NCBI RefSeq assembly: GCF_963676685.1
Contig: NC_092345.1
Span: forward strand, 85,250,001 to 85,314,000
DNA length: 64,000 nucleotides
From: Mytilus edulis
Lineage: Eukaryota
Reading direction: 5' to 3'
The notes under the pieces: generated by a model
What the model saw: the letters and a program-made list of their open reading frames with translations, nothing else
The model's database searches: none
What the model was told of the DNA's origin: nothing
Part shown: positions 41,386 through 53,282 of the stretch, piece by piece
Position numbering within the stretch: position 1 is the first letter of the stretch
Layout: every line of letters begins with the position of its first letter
Translations under genes and position numbers: made by a program

Positions 41386-44300
41386 AAGGTCTTTCCTTTT
41401 ACAAAAGGGAAAGACCTTACTGTATTTCTTCTGTTTATTATTATTAAGGTCTTTCCTTTTACAAAAGGGAAAGACCTTACTGTATTTCTTCTGTTTATTA
41501 TTATTCTTTTTCCGCCAAACTTTGACGAAGTTAGCAGCCTTAACCGTAAGACGTGTCGCTTTCATGTTCACACTTTGTATCGGTGTCATATATACCTATC
41601 TAGAACTCACCCTGTTAGTCGAAATATTTTGTCGGTTCGGAGTAATTCCTCCGAAACCAAAAAACCTTGTTATCGTTCCAACACCGTAACCGTAATAGGT
41701 AGAAAATAAACGAAGGGTGAAATTTGTTCAGGACCAGACCCCGGTTCTTCGTTACATTTGGATCGAAAAGATTCAACGACTCATTGGTAGGGTTATGCCC
41801 CTATGAAAATTAACCGGTGTCGGTGGACAACCAAAACTCAAAAACCGTAAGTCGTAGAGACCTAGGATCTTCACCATTCATCATCAATTCATGTGACTTT
41901 GAAAAATACCTCAAGGTCAAATGTGTATGTTGACCTTGACCTTTGACCTAACACCTTGTTATCAGAACAACTCAGAAACCATTATACTTACAGAAGTTTT
42001 AAATAGTGGAAAATGTTTGGGTCATTACGGGGCAACTTTGTTACATTTTGACCGAAGAGATTTGACCTTTTTGTAAGGGGCATAACCCCTGTTTTAGGTT
42101 TCTGAAAAGACAAAATCAGCATTTACTATATAACCAAAGGTCCTAGACCCATGGGGTCTTCAGCAATGACATTGGGGACCAATGACCTTGACAAAGGTCA
42201 AAAGGTCAAAGGTCAAGGTCATGTACCAGATAGCGAATTTAGTGATTTTAACCTTATTTAAGGGATTTTCAATGTGTTTTAAAGATTTTCAGTGTGTTTT
42301 AAAGCTGTTTAAGGTTGACCTTGACCTTTGACCTTAAAACTTTTAAGTCGATATCTCAAAAACGATTGTACTTACAGAAATAGTAAATAGTGAAAAACGC
42401 GTTGAGGTGGATGAGGCGCAACTTTTTGACATTTGACCGAAGAGATTTGACCTTTCTATAAGGGGCATAACCCTTGTTTTAGATTTCTGAAAAGGCAAAA
42501 TCAGCTTTTACTGTATAACCAAAGGTCCTAGACCCATGGGGTCTTCAGCAATGACATTGGGGACTAATGACCTTGACAAAGGTCAAAAGGTCAAAGGTCA
42601 AGGTCATGTCCCATATAGCAAATTATGTTTTTTTTACCTTATTTAAAAGATATTCAGTGTGTTTTAAAGCTTTTCAATACATTCTACGTCTATTGGAACA
42701 TGTATTTTACATTACAAAAGGAAAGACCTCTCAATTGTTCAAGAACAATTGACATTTTAATTATTATTATTATTATTAAGGTCTTTCCTTTTACTAAAGG
42801 GAAAGACCTTACTGTATTTCTTTTGTTTATTATTATTATTCTTCCGTTAAACTTTGACAAATTTAGCCGCGTTAACCGTAAGACGTGTCGCTTTCATATT
42901 CACACTTTGTATAGGTGTCATGAATACCTATCTGGAACTCACCCTGTGAGTCGAAATATTTTGTCGGTTCGGAGTAATCCCTCCGAAACCCAAAAACCTT
43001 GTTATCGTTCCAACACCATAACCGTAATAGGTAGAAAAAAAACAAAGGGTGAAATTTGTTCAGGACCAGACCTCGGTTCTTCGTTACATTTGGATCGAAA
43101 AGATTCAACGACTCATTGGTAGGGTTATGCCCCTATGAAAATTAACCGGTGTCGGTTGGCCACCAAAACTCAGAAACCGTAAGTCGTAGACACCTAGGAT
43201 CTTCACCATTCATCATCAATTCATGTATCTTTGAAAAATACCTCAAGGTCAAATTTGTATGTTGACCTTGACCTTTGACCTAACACCTTGTTATGGGATA
43301 ATCTCAGAAACCATTATACTTACAGAAGTTTTAAATAGTGGAAAATGTTTGGGTCATTACGGCACAACTTTGTTACATTTTGACCGAAGAGATTTGACCT
43401 TTTTTTAAGGGGCATAACACCTGTTTTAGGTTTCTGGAAAGACAAAATCATCTTTTACTATATAACCAAAGGTCCTAGACCCATGGGGTCTTCGGCAATG
43501 ACATTGGGGACTAATGACCTTGACAAAGGTCAAAAGGTCAAAGGTCAAGGTCATGTCCCATATAGCCAATTTGGTGTTTTTAACCTTATTTAAAGGTTTT
43601 TCAGTGTGTTTTAAAGCTTTTCAATACATTCTACGTCTATTTGAACATGTATTTTACATTACAAAAGGAAAGACCTCTCAATTGTTCAAGAACAATTGAC
43701 AGTTTAATTATTATTATTATTCTTTTTCCGCCAAACTTTGACAAATTTAGCCGCGTTAACCGTAAGACGTGTCGCTTTCATGTTCACACTTTGTATCGGT
43801 GTCATGAATACCTATCTGGAACTCACCCTGTTAGTCGAAATATTTTGTCGGTTCGGAGTTATCCCTCCGAAACCCAAAAACCTTGTTATCGTTCCAACAC
43901 CGTAACCGTAATAGGTAGAAAAAAAACAAAGGGTGAAATTTGTTCAGGACCAGACCCTGGTTCTTCGTTACATTTGGATCGAAAAGATTCAACGACTCAT
44001 TGGTAGGGTTATGCCCCTATGAAAATTAACCGGTGTCGGTTGGCCACCAAAACTCAGAAACCGTAAGTCGTAGACACCTAGGATCTTCACCATTCATCAT
44101 CAATTCATGTATCTTTGAAAAATACCTCAAGGTCAAATTTGTATGTTGACCTTGACCTTTGACCTAACACCTTGTTATGGGATAATCTCAGAAACCATTA
44201 TACTTACAGAAGTTTTAAATAATGGAAAATGTTTGGGTCATTATGGCGCAACTTTGTTACATTTTGACCGAAGAGATTTGACCTTTCTGTAAGGGGCATA

Positions 44301-44956
44301 ACCCCTGATTTAGGTTTCTGAAAAGACAAAATCAGCTTTTACTATATAACCAAAGGTCCTAGACCCGTGGGGTCTTCACCAATGACATTGCGGACTAATG
44401 ACCTTGACAAAGGTCACAAGGTCAAAGGTCAAGGTCATGTCCCAGATAGCGAATTATGTGTTTTTGACCTTATTTTAAGCATTTTGAGTGTGTTTTAAGT
44501 GTTTTTAAGGTTGACCTTGACCTTTGACCTTTCAACTTTTTAGTCGATATCTCAAAAACGGTTAATCTTACAGAAATAGTAAACAGTGAAAAATGTTAAG
44601 GTGACTGAGGCACAACTTTTTTACATTTTGACCGAAAGGATTTGACATATTCTTAAGGGGCATAACCGCCGTTAACGGTTTCTGAAAAGGTAAAATTAGC
44701 TTTAACTCTTGAACGAAAAGTCCTAGACCCATGGGGTCTTTTACAATGACATTGTGGACCAATGACCTTCACAAAGGTCACAAGGTCAAAAGTCAAGGTC
44801 ATGTCCAAATTATCGAATTTATTGTTTTTGTCATTTTTTAGCGGTTTTATGTGTGTTTGAGAGCTTTTCAATGCATTCTACGCCTATTGCAACATGTACT
44901 TTACATTTCGAAAAGGAAAGACCTCTCAATTGTTCAAGAACAATTGACATTTTAAT
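41386..44956 (+). mobile_element. Head-to-tail trimer of a HINE/Helentron-type element
   Basis: Copies at about 41386-42758, 42778-43705 and 43706-44956. Features: 5' palindrome AAGGTCTTTCC...GGAAAGACCTT, (ATT)n, 3' subTIR GGAAAGACCT and hairpin TCAATTGTTC-AA-GAACAATTGA. Confidence 0.8.
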
Positions 44957-45652
44957 TGTTTTTATAGTACTTCGAACCTCGAAAATAAAACCACATCTGT
45001 AAAAATGTCTCAGTTTTGAAATTAGCCATCATTCATATCCATTTTTACGATATGGGCAAAGGAATCTATTACGGCCTACCTGAAATGAATTGCGCATCTT
45101 AACCAATCAGTTAGTTTCGGACACACAGAAGAAGGGACGGACGGAAAAAAGGACATACGGACGGAAAGACGGACGGACAATGTGATGGCTATATATGCTC
45201 CTGCAAATTTTTCGGGGAGCAAAATAAGATATTATTTCGGAAGTGGTAGTGAAAACAACAATACAAATAGACATGAAAGTGCCCCCCCCCCCCCCCCCCC
45301 CCCCTCACTGCATTACATTAAGTATGGAAAGTATTGACCAACATTTCATTATTTCCTTATGCGAACTGTTGAGCGTCTTTTTTTCAATGAACACTACAGA
45401 ACACTCAAACTTTATACAAAACTACACGCATATACAATTAAAAGACTAAGGTATCAACAGAACATAATAATTACTCTACAGAATGCAAAACTCAACTAAT
45501 TCGAATTTTAATATATTTTTAATGAGAAAAATTTACATGACTGGTTGATTCTTACGGTAAAAGGATCGTTACCCTTGGAGAAGACAGAAGAAAGTACAGA
45601 TTTTCCCAGTTTTATATTCTCATAAAGAAAAACAATTAGTATTTTTAATTAT

Positions 45653-45759
45653 TTAAGGAATGTTCACGATGGTTCCTGTCCTCAGTGATTTGGTGCAGTA
45701 TTGAGTAAGCTTAGAGTTGAAAATGACTTCATCAGGTAAAACTTCACATGATGCTTGAC
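45653..45759 (-). CDS. Oxidoreductase exon 7 (terminal)
   Basis: GQASCEVLPDEVIFNSKLTQYCTKSLRTGTIVNIP*. Confidence 0.8.
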
Positions 45760-48700
45760 CTGAAATGTACAAAACACCATTTTACTGTTACTTCTAAAGT
45801 ATATAATGATTATTTTCGTTTTCAATGATTGTTGGATTTAATAAACATCTGAGGCAAAATTTGTATTTGTATCGTCGAACTTAACATGATTTCCAACAGT
45901 AAGTTAAAACATCATAATCGTGTCAATATATGATTGAAGAATCATCTTTTCAAAATTACCATTCATCAAATATCCGCATTGCATTTCGGCTAATTTTTCA
46001 AAACACTAGAAGAAGAAATGAGTTAGTTTTGCATAAACCATGTGTCCTAACAAGCGGTGATCATGTCAGTGCTGAAACCGATCGTTTGATTGGTGAAAAC
46101 CTTTGTTCAAACAGTGCTGCGGTCGACTAATATATATATTATAACCACCAATGAATAAATACCCTGTATGTTCCTATATATGAATTTTGAGCATATCTGT
46201 TATGTTCCCGTGGTCAGTATGTTATATTTGATATGTTTTCGGAAGTTGTTTTTTGTTGTTGCTTTGTATCTATATGATGGGTAAAGCCCTTTTCGACTGC
46301 TTTTTATAGTTTATTTATTATTTTTATCACATCATGTTGAAATGAGTAATCATGTCGCCTTTTTATGCAAAAAGTATACTATTCTTATTGGGCCATTCTT
46401 ATTACAACTAATTGAAGTATGCATACTTATCGGTCTTATACGCAGAAAGCGAGAAATTCTAATCAATTGGTTAAACAATCGTTCATATATTTCCTTACAT
46501 TTACCACTTCCTAGTTGCCTGGATGGAGACTTTGGTTGCCATTTCATTAATATGCAGTATAACAATACATTTTATATAGAAAACGCAAAATTATAATCTT
46601 GAGTTAGTATATAATTTCTTTAATTTCATTTGTGAAGCAAACACCTTAGTAAAGTAAGGTCGGATAGTACAACATATCGATATTTAATTGCGTTTTACCA
46701 TTAATAACATCTATGAAATGTTGTTTTTCCATTCTGTAAGCCTCATAAAATCGAGGTAAACCATTTTGTTCTATCGTATCCAATAGACGTCCATCTTCAT
46801 TCCACAACTGAAGATGTGTGGTAGATGGATTCTCTATACAAAGCATCCCCTTTTCTCCTAGTACCTGAAAACATTTTACATCTTGAATCTTGAAATTAAA
46901 GTTTTCTTAGTATTCCAGTATTTTTACTGTAAAAAAATCAGCCAAAATTTTTTTTTTAAATATCAGAATGATACTACAAGGTCTGTAGTTGCAGCACCGA
47001 TCTGATCACATACACATATATCGATTTCCGTGTGCGCTGAATTCGTTTCTCGAATAACCTGCATTCGCTATGTTAGAAAACAAAAGTTTGGAAAGCGAAT
47101 AATTAAAACTAGAGCATAAACATTAAATACTAGGCACAAACAGAGCAACCAAAACACTATATGGTCAACTTAAATTAAGGAATTTGCAGCCATTATAAGT
47201 AAGAAGATGTGGTATGAGTGCCAATGAGACAACTTTCCAATCATATCAAAATGTACAAAAAGTAAACAATTATAGATCAAAGTACGGCCTTCAACATGGA
47301 GTCTTTGCTCACACCGAACAGCAAGCTATAAAGGTCCCTAAAATGACTAGTGTTATACTATTCCCACTGGAAAACCAATTGTCGAAAGGTGTTTCAGTTG
47401 TAATCATATGACATTTCCTAATTAGACAAATTATAACTAAATGTATTCCACGTCTTATGCAACAGAATCCATTTCTATAATGATCTAGTATTGTTTACAG
47501 ATATTAATGTGTTGTAAAATTTGCTAATTTATAAAATATAATTGCCTAAGCAAGCTTTTGCTATCTCAACGTTCTTACTTCAAATCTCTGATCGTAGCCA
47601 TAAGGAACCCCTCGTACATTTTCAATATATCCAACAAGTCCGCTAGGAAATTTAAGCATAATCATGGCACACTCGACATCGTTACATTCTTTAAACATCG
47701 GATTTTTGGCATGTCCAAAGCATACTGCACTTTCTGGTCTTTCTCCAGACAACCAGCATATCAAATCAAGTTCGTGTATAGCGCTGTCTACAACTATACC
47801 TCCTATAATAGTCAGAAACTTAGTAATTAATAAAATAGTCACAGTCTGGTAACAGAACTTTTAAATACATCAAACTTTAACCTTTGGCATGCATCTTTCT
47901 CGGTTGTTTTTATGTCTATTTTCTTAAACTTACACTGTATCTGACTAAGACGGAAATTACGTAGAAATAGACAATGACATTTCTGGCATAATATTACTTC
48001 TAACAATACTGTTTACTATTGCAACGCAGTTTAACATCACAGGGTTAGCAGATTTAAATTTTGTTACTATAGTAATCAATGTTTTTTTATTTTTTTTTAG
48101 TATTTCGTTTTTTCAGTATACGGATATGGATAGTAAACTACACATTGCTGGAAAACAAAGAAATAATGTTATTAACGTCAAATACGTGGATAATGTAATA
48201 CAAATAGACAGGAAATACTAAATAAAATTAAAAACATTGATTAACAAAATTTAAATCTGCTAACCGAGTCCCTGTGTTTAACATAACTCATGAAACTTTA
48301 ATTTAGCATGTTAACAGATTGTATGTATCATAACATGGTATCCCAGTGACAGAACCGAGAACTACGCCTAACTGTTACTTGGATAAATGGTATACAGTTA
48401 ATTCGGAGTTTTGTCTTAATTTAAAACTATTTAAGTTTCTTTTATTCAACATCTGCAGTAAGGCAATATTTCTCATAAAAAAGGCATGTTAAATAGACAC
48501 GTATGAATGTTGAGTTCCATAACCGATAAAGATGACGCTCACTTCAATTATAGTCATAAAAGGTAAAGAGGAAATTTTGTGTTATACAGTGAACCGTGCA
48601 CACACATTCACTTAGTACTGTTAATACAGAACTTACCGCTCGACTTTAAATAATCTGCATTAATCCATGCTGGAAGCTCACGTGCAACTAGTTTTATCAT

Positions 48701-51700
48701 GCGAAGTTCGCCCAAATCCCCTGCTTTAATCTTGTCATACATTTTACGTATGCTGATATCGAAACGCCTGTACAAAAAAATGATTAGAATAGTATTCTTA
48801 TTCAATTCAGCTTTTATCGATACGATATGCACATGTATGTTATAAGGTTCACGGTAAAACTATGCAATATTTCAAAAGGGAGGGTTTTGAAATTATCTGT
48901 CTTGACAAAAAAGGGTTTCATACCAAAATTCGTTGAATATAACGTGATAAAAAAAACCAGATTAATTTGAACTCCCCCTTCTGTATCCCCTGACGAACTT
49001 TCATGCATTTCTTTTTATCTGCAAATGATAAAAATTTAGGTATTTCATAAAATCAGCAGTCAGTGAAGGGCAATGCTATTTCAGTTAGTAGAGTCAGCTT
49101 CACTACATTCCCCAAAAACATGCATGTTCTCTGGTAAACTATTTGATAGGAATAGAGATTAGTTGAATCATTTTATAGAAATGACTGTGCTAGCAATTAT
49201 TATATAAGCAAATGCAGCCTCCAATAAAATGTACAAAAGATACAGCTATTAATCTGGTAAGACAATACTTGACATCGAAGAACAAGATTTAACTTGTGAA
49301 TGTAAGAAACGTTTCTCAAGATAAAATTATTGTCAAGATTTCTTCACCCGACATTTTTTTTTATTGTGGGACACTATTTGTTTGACCATTATTTTATCGT
49401 GACAAAACGTCGCTGTTATTCGATGATCAGTATTAAATTACCCGTATTATAGCGAAATTAGAACAGTAATCAATTTTCAATACTTTACAGAATACACTCA
49501 TCATAGATACCAGGATCAAAATGTTATACTTACACCAGACGCGCGTTTCGTCTAAAAAAAGGCTCGTCAGTGTTAATTAAAAAAATGTTTAGATGCCAAA
49601 TAGAGTACAAAGTGGAAGAGCATTGAGGACCAAAAAATCCTAAAAGTTTTACCAAATACAGCTAATGTAATCTATTCCTGAGGTAGAAAAGCCTTTGTTT
49701 TTCAAAAAATCAAAGTTTTGTTAACAGTTAATTTATAATTATGAAAAAAATTGAAAACAACACGTTTGATAATTTCTTGCGTCCGAAGCGCTTTTTTGGG
49801 TTTTCCTTCATCAGGAACGCTCAAAGCCAAACAATTGAAATTCCAAGATGTATAAGTACCAAAACAGTTGAAGAGCTATATGTCAAAAATACCTAAAATA
49901 AATAGCCAAAATCATCTAAAGCCAACGTTGTCTGAGTGAGTTGAAACCTTAGTTTCTTAATAATTTCAAAATTTATAAACGGACAGTTTTAGTAAAGTTT
50001 GTTTAATCATGTCAATAGTACTGACTACTGAGCTGATGATACCCTCGGGGACTGATAGTCCAACAGCAGAGGTATCGACCCAATGATGTAAAAAATTGAA
50101 AACAACATGTTTGAACATATCAACGATAACTCAAGTCAAGACAGAAGTGCTGACTACTGGGCTGGTGACAAACCAGTTCAGTGAAACAGATCATGACAGT
50201 TTGTAATTTAATAACTTATCAAATCCACATTGAAGTGTTTTTCTATGATCTTCTGCCAACTTGTAACATTCTTCTACCACGCTTGGATCAAGGTCAACTG
50301 GTTTCTCACAGAATACATGTTTTCCTGTTAATTTTCAATAATATCAAACCATGATAGGAAACATTTATTAAATATTTGAATATGGCCTTTTTACTTTCAT
50401 TATAACAAAATTTAGTACTAATATCAAGAACAATGATTTCTAAGCAGATACTTGAACTTTAGAATTGCTGTGAGAGGTTTAGCTAGCTATAAAACTATGT
50501 ATAATCAACCATTTCTAAATCAGTAAATGCATGCACCATGTAAGGAATATGTAATCTATTCGTTTGATGAGTTTGAGCTTTTCATTATGCATTTGTTTAA
50601 GGACTCTCAGTATTGAATTTTCCTCGGAGTTCGGTATTGTTGTTATTTAACTTTCTAGTCGTATAGATATCTATATGTCTAAAATCATTATTTGTTAAAA
50701 TAATAGTTTGCTTGATATAGTGTTTTAACAATGATTGTTTAATTGTTATCATGACTTGCAAGCAGGTTTTGAAAATTTTAGATATACATGTCTTAAAGTT
50801 TACAAACCTGCCTGTAAAGCAAATTTTACTAATTCGCTTTTCTTGTGTGGTTTTCCGAACACAGGAGAGCAGATTAAAACAGCATCTAATCTAGAAAAGG
50901 TAAAATAAAAAGTTAAAATACACATTACATATCTATAAACTATTCAAAAATATGTCGCTAAACGGGCTGTTTGACTATTTAAACGTTTGAAACCAGTTTG
51001 ACGTTTTATATAGTTCGTGTAAATTCTTAATGGTATTGTTAAATACACACGCAATAAATGTGTTGAGAATAAACTGCAAAAAAGCTATGATGAAAATAAC
51101 AATCCTTATTGTTACCTTTCAGCATTTACTATTTACTCTCTTGTTAGACATTTGGAGCCTTAATACAAATATGTATAATGCAAAACTCTCAAAAGAAATA
51201 TCGATATCTGCATGATAGACTCATTTGTGTTTTGTTCGTGCTGCTGTTGTGCCCCTATTTGTGACATTTTTACCTATTGTGTCTGTTTGTTTTGTTCACA
51301 CATAGTTGTCAAAATAATGGAATTTGATACGACTGTCATACAAGGGAGAGATTTAGCGCTTAAAAATCAGGTTTAAGCCACCCTTTTCTACATAAGAAAA
51401 TGCCTGTACCAAGTCAGGAAAGTGACAGGTGTTATCCAATCGTTTGGTGTGTTTGAGCTTTTGAGTTTGCCATTTGATTAGGGACTTTCCGTTTTGAATA
51501 TTCCTCGGAGTTCAGTATTTTTGTGATTTTACTTTTATTCTAATCGTTAAAATTCTTTTCCATTTTCGAATTTCAAATGCCATAAGAAAAAAAGGGTCCA
51601 CCATTCCATTTTCTTTTGGAACTCGTTGTTGCTCACATCTGCTGACACAACCTAACTTTATTGTATCGTATCAATATAATAATGACATTAAAATAATAAA

Positions 51701-51922
51701 TCCAACTTACAATTTATCGCTAAGCATGTGAGTGACTTCTTCCGTGTTGATCACTTTTACATTTTGCAAACCATACTGCTTCACCAAATTTCTGATTTTG
51801 CCATGCACCGGTTCAATATCCACCAAATACGTCACATTTACTTGTGCACTCTGGACAAGGTGACATAGATGTACCTCTCCAATACGACCAATGCCGATTA
51901 TTCCTATATTTTTGCGTTCCAT
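45653..51922 (-). CDS. Gfo/Idh/MocA family oxidoreductase (myo-inositol 2-dehydrogenase-like), 7 exons, about 343 aa (whole-gene span)
   Basis: The exons join in frame (1032 nt). Motifs: Rossmann GIGRIG, GKHVFCEKP, GFDKRFD, DSAIHELD (D-x3-H) and YGYDQRFEVLG. Confidence 0.88.
46699..46864 (-). CDS. Oxidoreductase exon 6
   Basis: VLGEKGMLCIENP...RFYEAYRMEKQHFIDVIN. Confidence 0.88.
47579..47802 (-). CDS. Oxidoreductase exon 5
   Basis: GIVVDSAIHELDLICWLSGERP...YGYDQRFE. Confidence 0.9.
48031..48281. repeat. Foldback/MITE-like inverted repeat
   Basis: GGTTAGCAGATTTAAATTTTGTTA ... TAACAAAATTTTAAATCTGCTAACC, plus an inner TTTAGTATTTC/GAAATACTAAA pair. Confidence 0.55.
48637..48767 (-). CDS. Oxidoreductase exon 4
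   Basis: RFDISIRKMYDKIKAGDLGELRMIKLVARE...YLKSSG. Confidence 0.88.
49533..49572 (-). ncRNA. Minimal type I hammerhead ribozyme motif (Penelope/retrozyme type)
   Basis: Minus strand reads CA-CUGACGA-GCCU(U6)AGAC-GAAAC-GCGC-GUC-UGGUG. The core is complete, stem III has a palindromic loop, stem II has one mismatch and stem I is short. Confidence 0.65.
49779..49820 (-). ncRNA. Degenerate hammerhead ribozyme motif
   Basis: Minus strand reads GCGUUC-CUGAUGA-AGGAAAACCC-AAAAAA-GCGC-UUC-GGACGC. Stem I is intact but the GAAA core reads AAAA. Confidence 0.5.
50216..50324 (-). CDS. Oxidoreductase exon 3
   Basis: KHVFCEKPVDLDPSVVEECYKLAEDHRKTLQCGFDK; the donor (gttatt) is weak but the phase fits. Confidence 0.85.
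50808..50890 (-). CDS. Oxidoreductase exon 2
   Basis: LDAVLICSPVFGKPHKKSELVKFALQAG. Confidence 0.85.
51711..51922 (-). CDS. Oxidoreductase exon 1
   Basis: MERKNIGIIGIGRIGEVHL...; donor |gtaagt. Confidence 0.88.
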
Positions 51923-52294
51923 TGCTTTCAGATTACACGACAAATGTGACCAGATCACCATAAATATCAATTAATGAATAGCCATTTAAATATTTGAACT
52001 TTTTTCTAAACTTATTAAAACTTGTATTAGTACATAACAAAGTGTGTCCAAGTTAGGTGATCTTTTTGTTATGTGTGTCCTATGAAGGTAGATAAGATAA
52101 TCACATGGCTTATACTCATACACATTGCACACTGACAGTGTGTCGTCTTGGTCGACAAGTCAAAAATTAGTTAACAAGGTGCAAGTGAAATCTAAAGTCT
52201 TTTAAAGACAGCATCATATATGATCAAAATCAAAAGAATGACAAATCAATACAATAGTTCACTTGAAAATTCAACATATACCTTCACGAATATT

Positions 52295-52563
52295 ACTAGA
52301 AAGGAAATCTGAAATAATCATAGGTCTTTTCTATATGCTCCTTTGAATTTCAATCAAAGATGAAGAAGTGGATCTTTCTTTATTTTATTGGATACCTTAA
52401 CTACATAGGAATCTCTACAAATAATGTCATATAGCTTGGTTTTCCAAGTGCTACACGAAACATCTTTCTAAGCTATTAACACCAATATTATCAGCAATCA
52501 AAACCAGTCTTCAGACTTTGGGAAAATATCTACATTATGGGCGATGATAATCAGACGTAGATA
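52295..52563 (+). pseudogene. Decayed Penelope-like reverse transcriptase fragment, interrupted by the LTR element (continues at about 54935-54950)
   Basis: Translates to KDEEVDLSLFYWIP*LHR and ...SKCYTKHLSKLLTPILSAIKT, and to ILKN after the insertion. This resembles the Y-x-x-PKxHK region of Penelope-type RTs, with stops and frameshifts. Confidence 0.6.
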
Positions 52564-53241
52564 TGTCACCGGGGAAACTGGGTGACTTGTGAGGTTGTGT
52601 AACAAGAGCCTGACTGAATGGCCTCTTGTTACTGAAACTGTGTGATGCACCTGATCACACAACGAACGATTGCTGTGAATAGCAATGAGAACTCTGGAAC
52701 TGAAACTCTGGTGAAAACTAACTACTGAGACTCTGGAACTAGCGATGCATAAACCAATAATTCAGCATGGAATACTAATACTTTTATTACAGATGGACTG
52801 TGTTCAGTGTAAAGTCCTGAGTCCAAATCTTGCTTATTGAAATTATAAGCAAGTATTTATACACAATTGAAATGACAAGAATAGACATAACAAATAACAG
52901 TTAATTTGAGTGATATTGTTCACTGACAAAGATTAAACTATTTTTAGAACTTGAAGAATAGATATTAAATGATAATCTGATTATGACAATTAAGAACATA
53001 CATTATGAATAAGGTAAAATGTCACTAATTAGGTAACAGATTGAAACATGTCACTCAATGTCCAAACTAAGAATTAAAAAGCATGTTGATTTTAAGTCCT
53101 GGATACGAAATGTAAATAGAAACGAAATTATAAAATAAAATGAATTATAAAACAAAGAGAATTAAAGTCTGAAATATCAAAATTGAGAATTTTATATTAA
53201 AGTCCAAAATAATAAACGAAGCTGCTTTTTCCACTGTCACA
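52564..53241 (-). repeat. 3' LTR
   Basis: 678-bp direct repeat of 54257-54934. Confidence 0.92.
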
Positions 53242-53282
53242 TATGCCTCTCCTCCCAATTAAGTCCGTCCTCGGACTTAGCA

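Larger units (their letters stand above)
49495..50170 (-). mobile_element. Nested hammerhead-bearing (retrozyme/Penelope-associated) repeats
   Basis: The inner unit (about 49744-50114) is bounded by the direct repeat AAAAAATTGAAAACAACA(C/T)GTTTGA. A decayed relative lies at about 30240-30570. Confidence 0.55.

Noticed and set aside
41305-44871. Repeated 60-165 aa ORFs
   Set aside because: They fall inside the non-coding HINE copies and have no recognisable Rep/helicase or other protein motifs.
45653-51922. Recent horizontal transfer or bacterial contamination
   Set aside because: The gene has six spliceosomal introns, host-like composition and host repeats in its introns.
52559-52563. 5-bp TSD (AGATA) for the LTR element
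   Set aside because: The extra A is present at the end of both LTRs and completes the TG...CA terminus, so the TSD is the 4-bp GATA.
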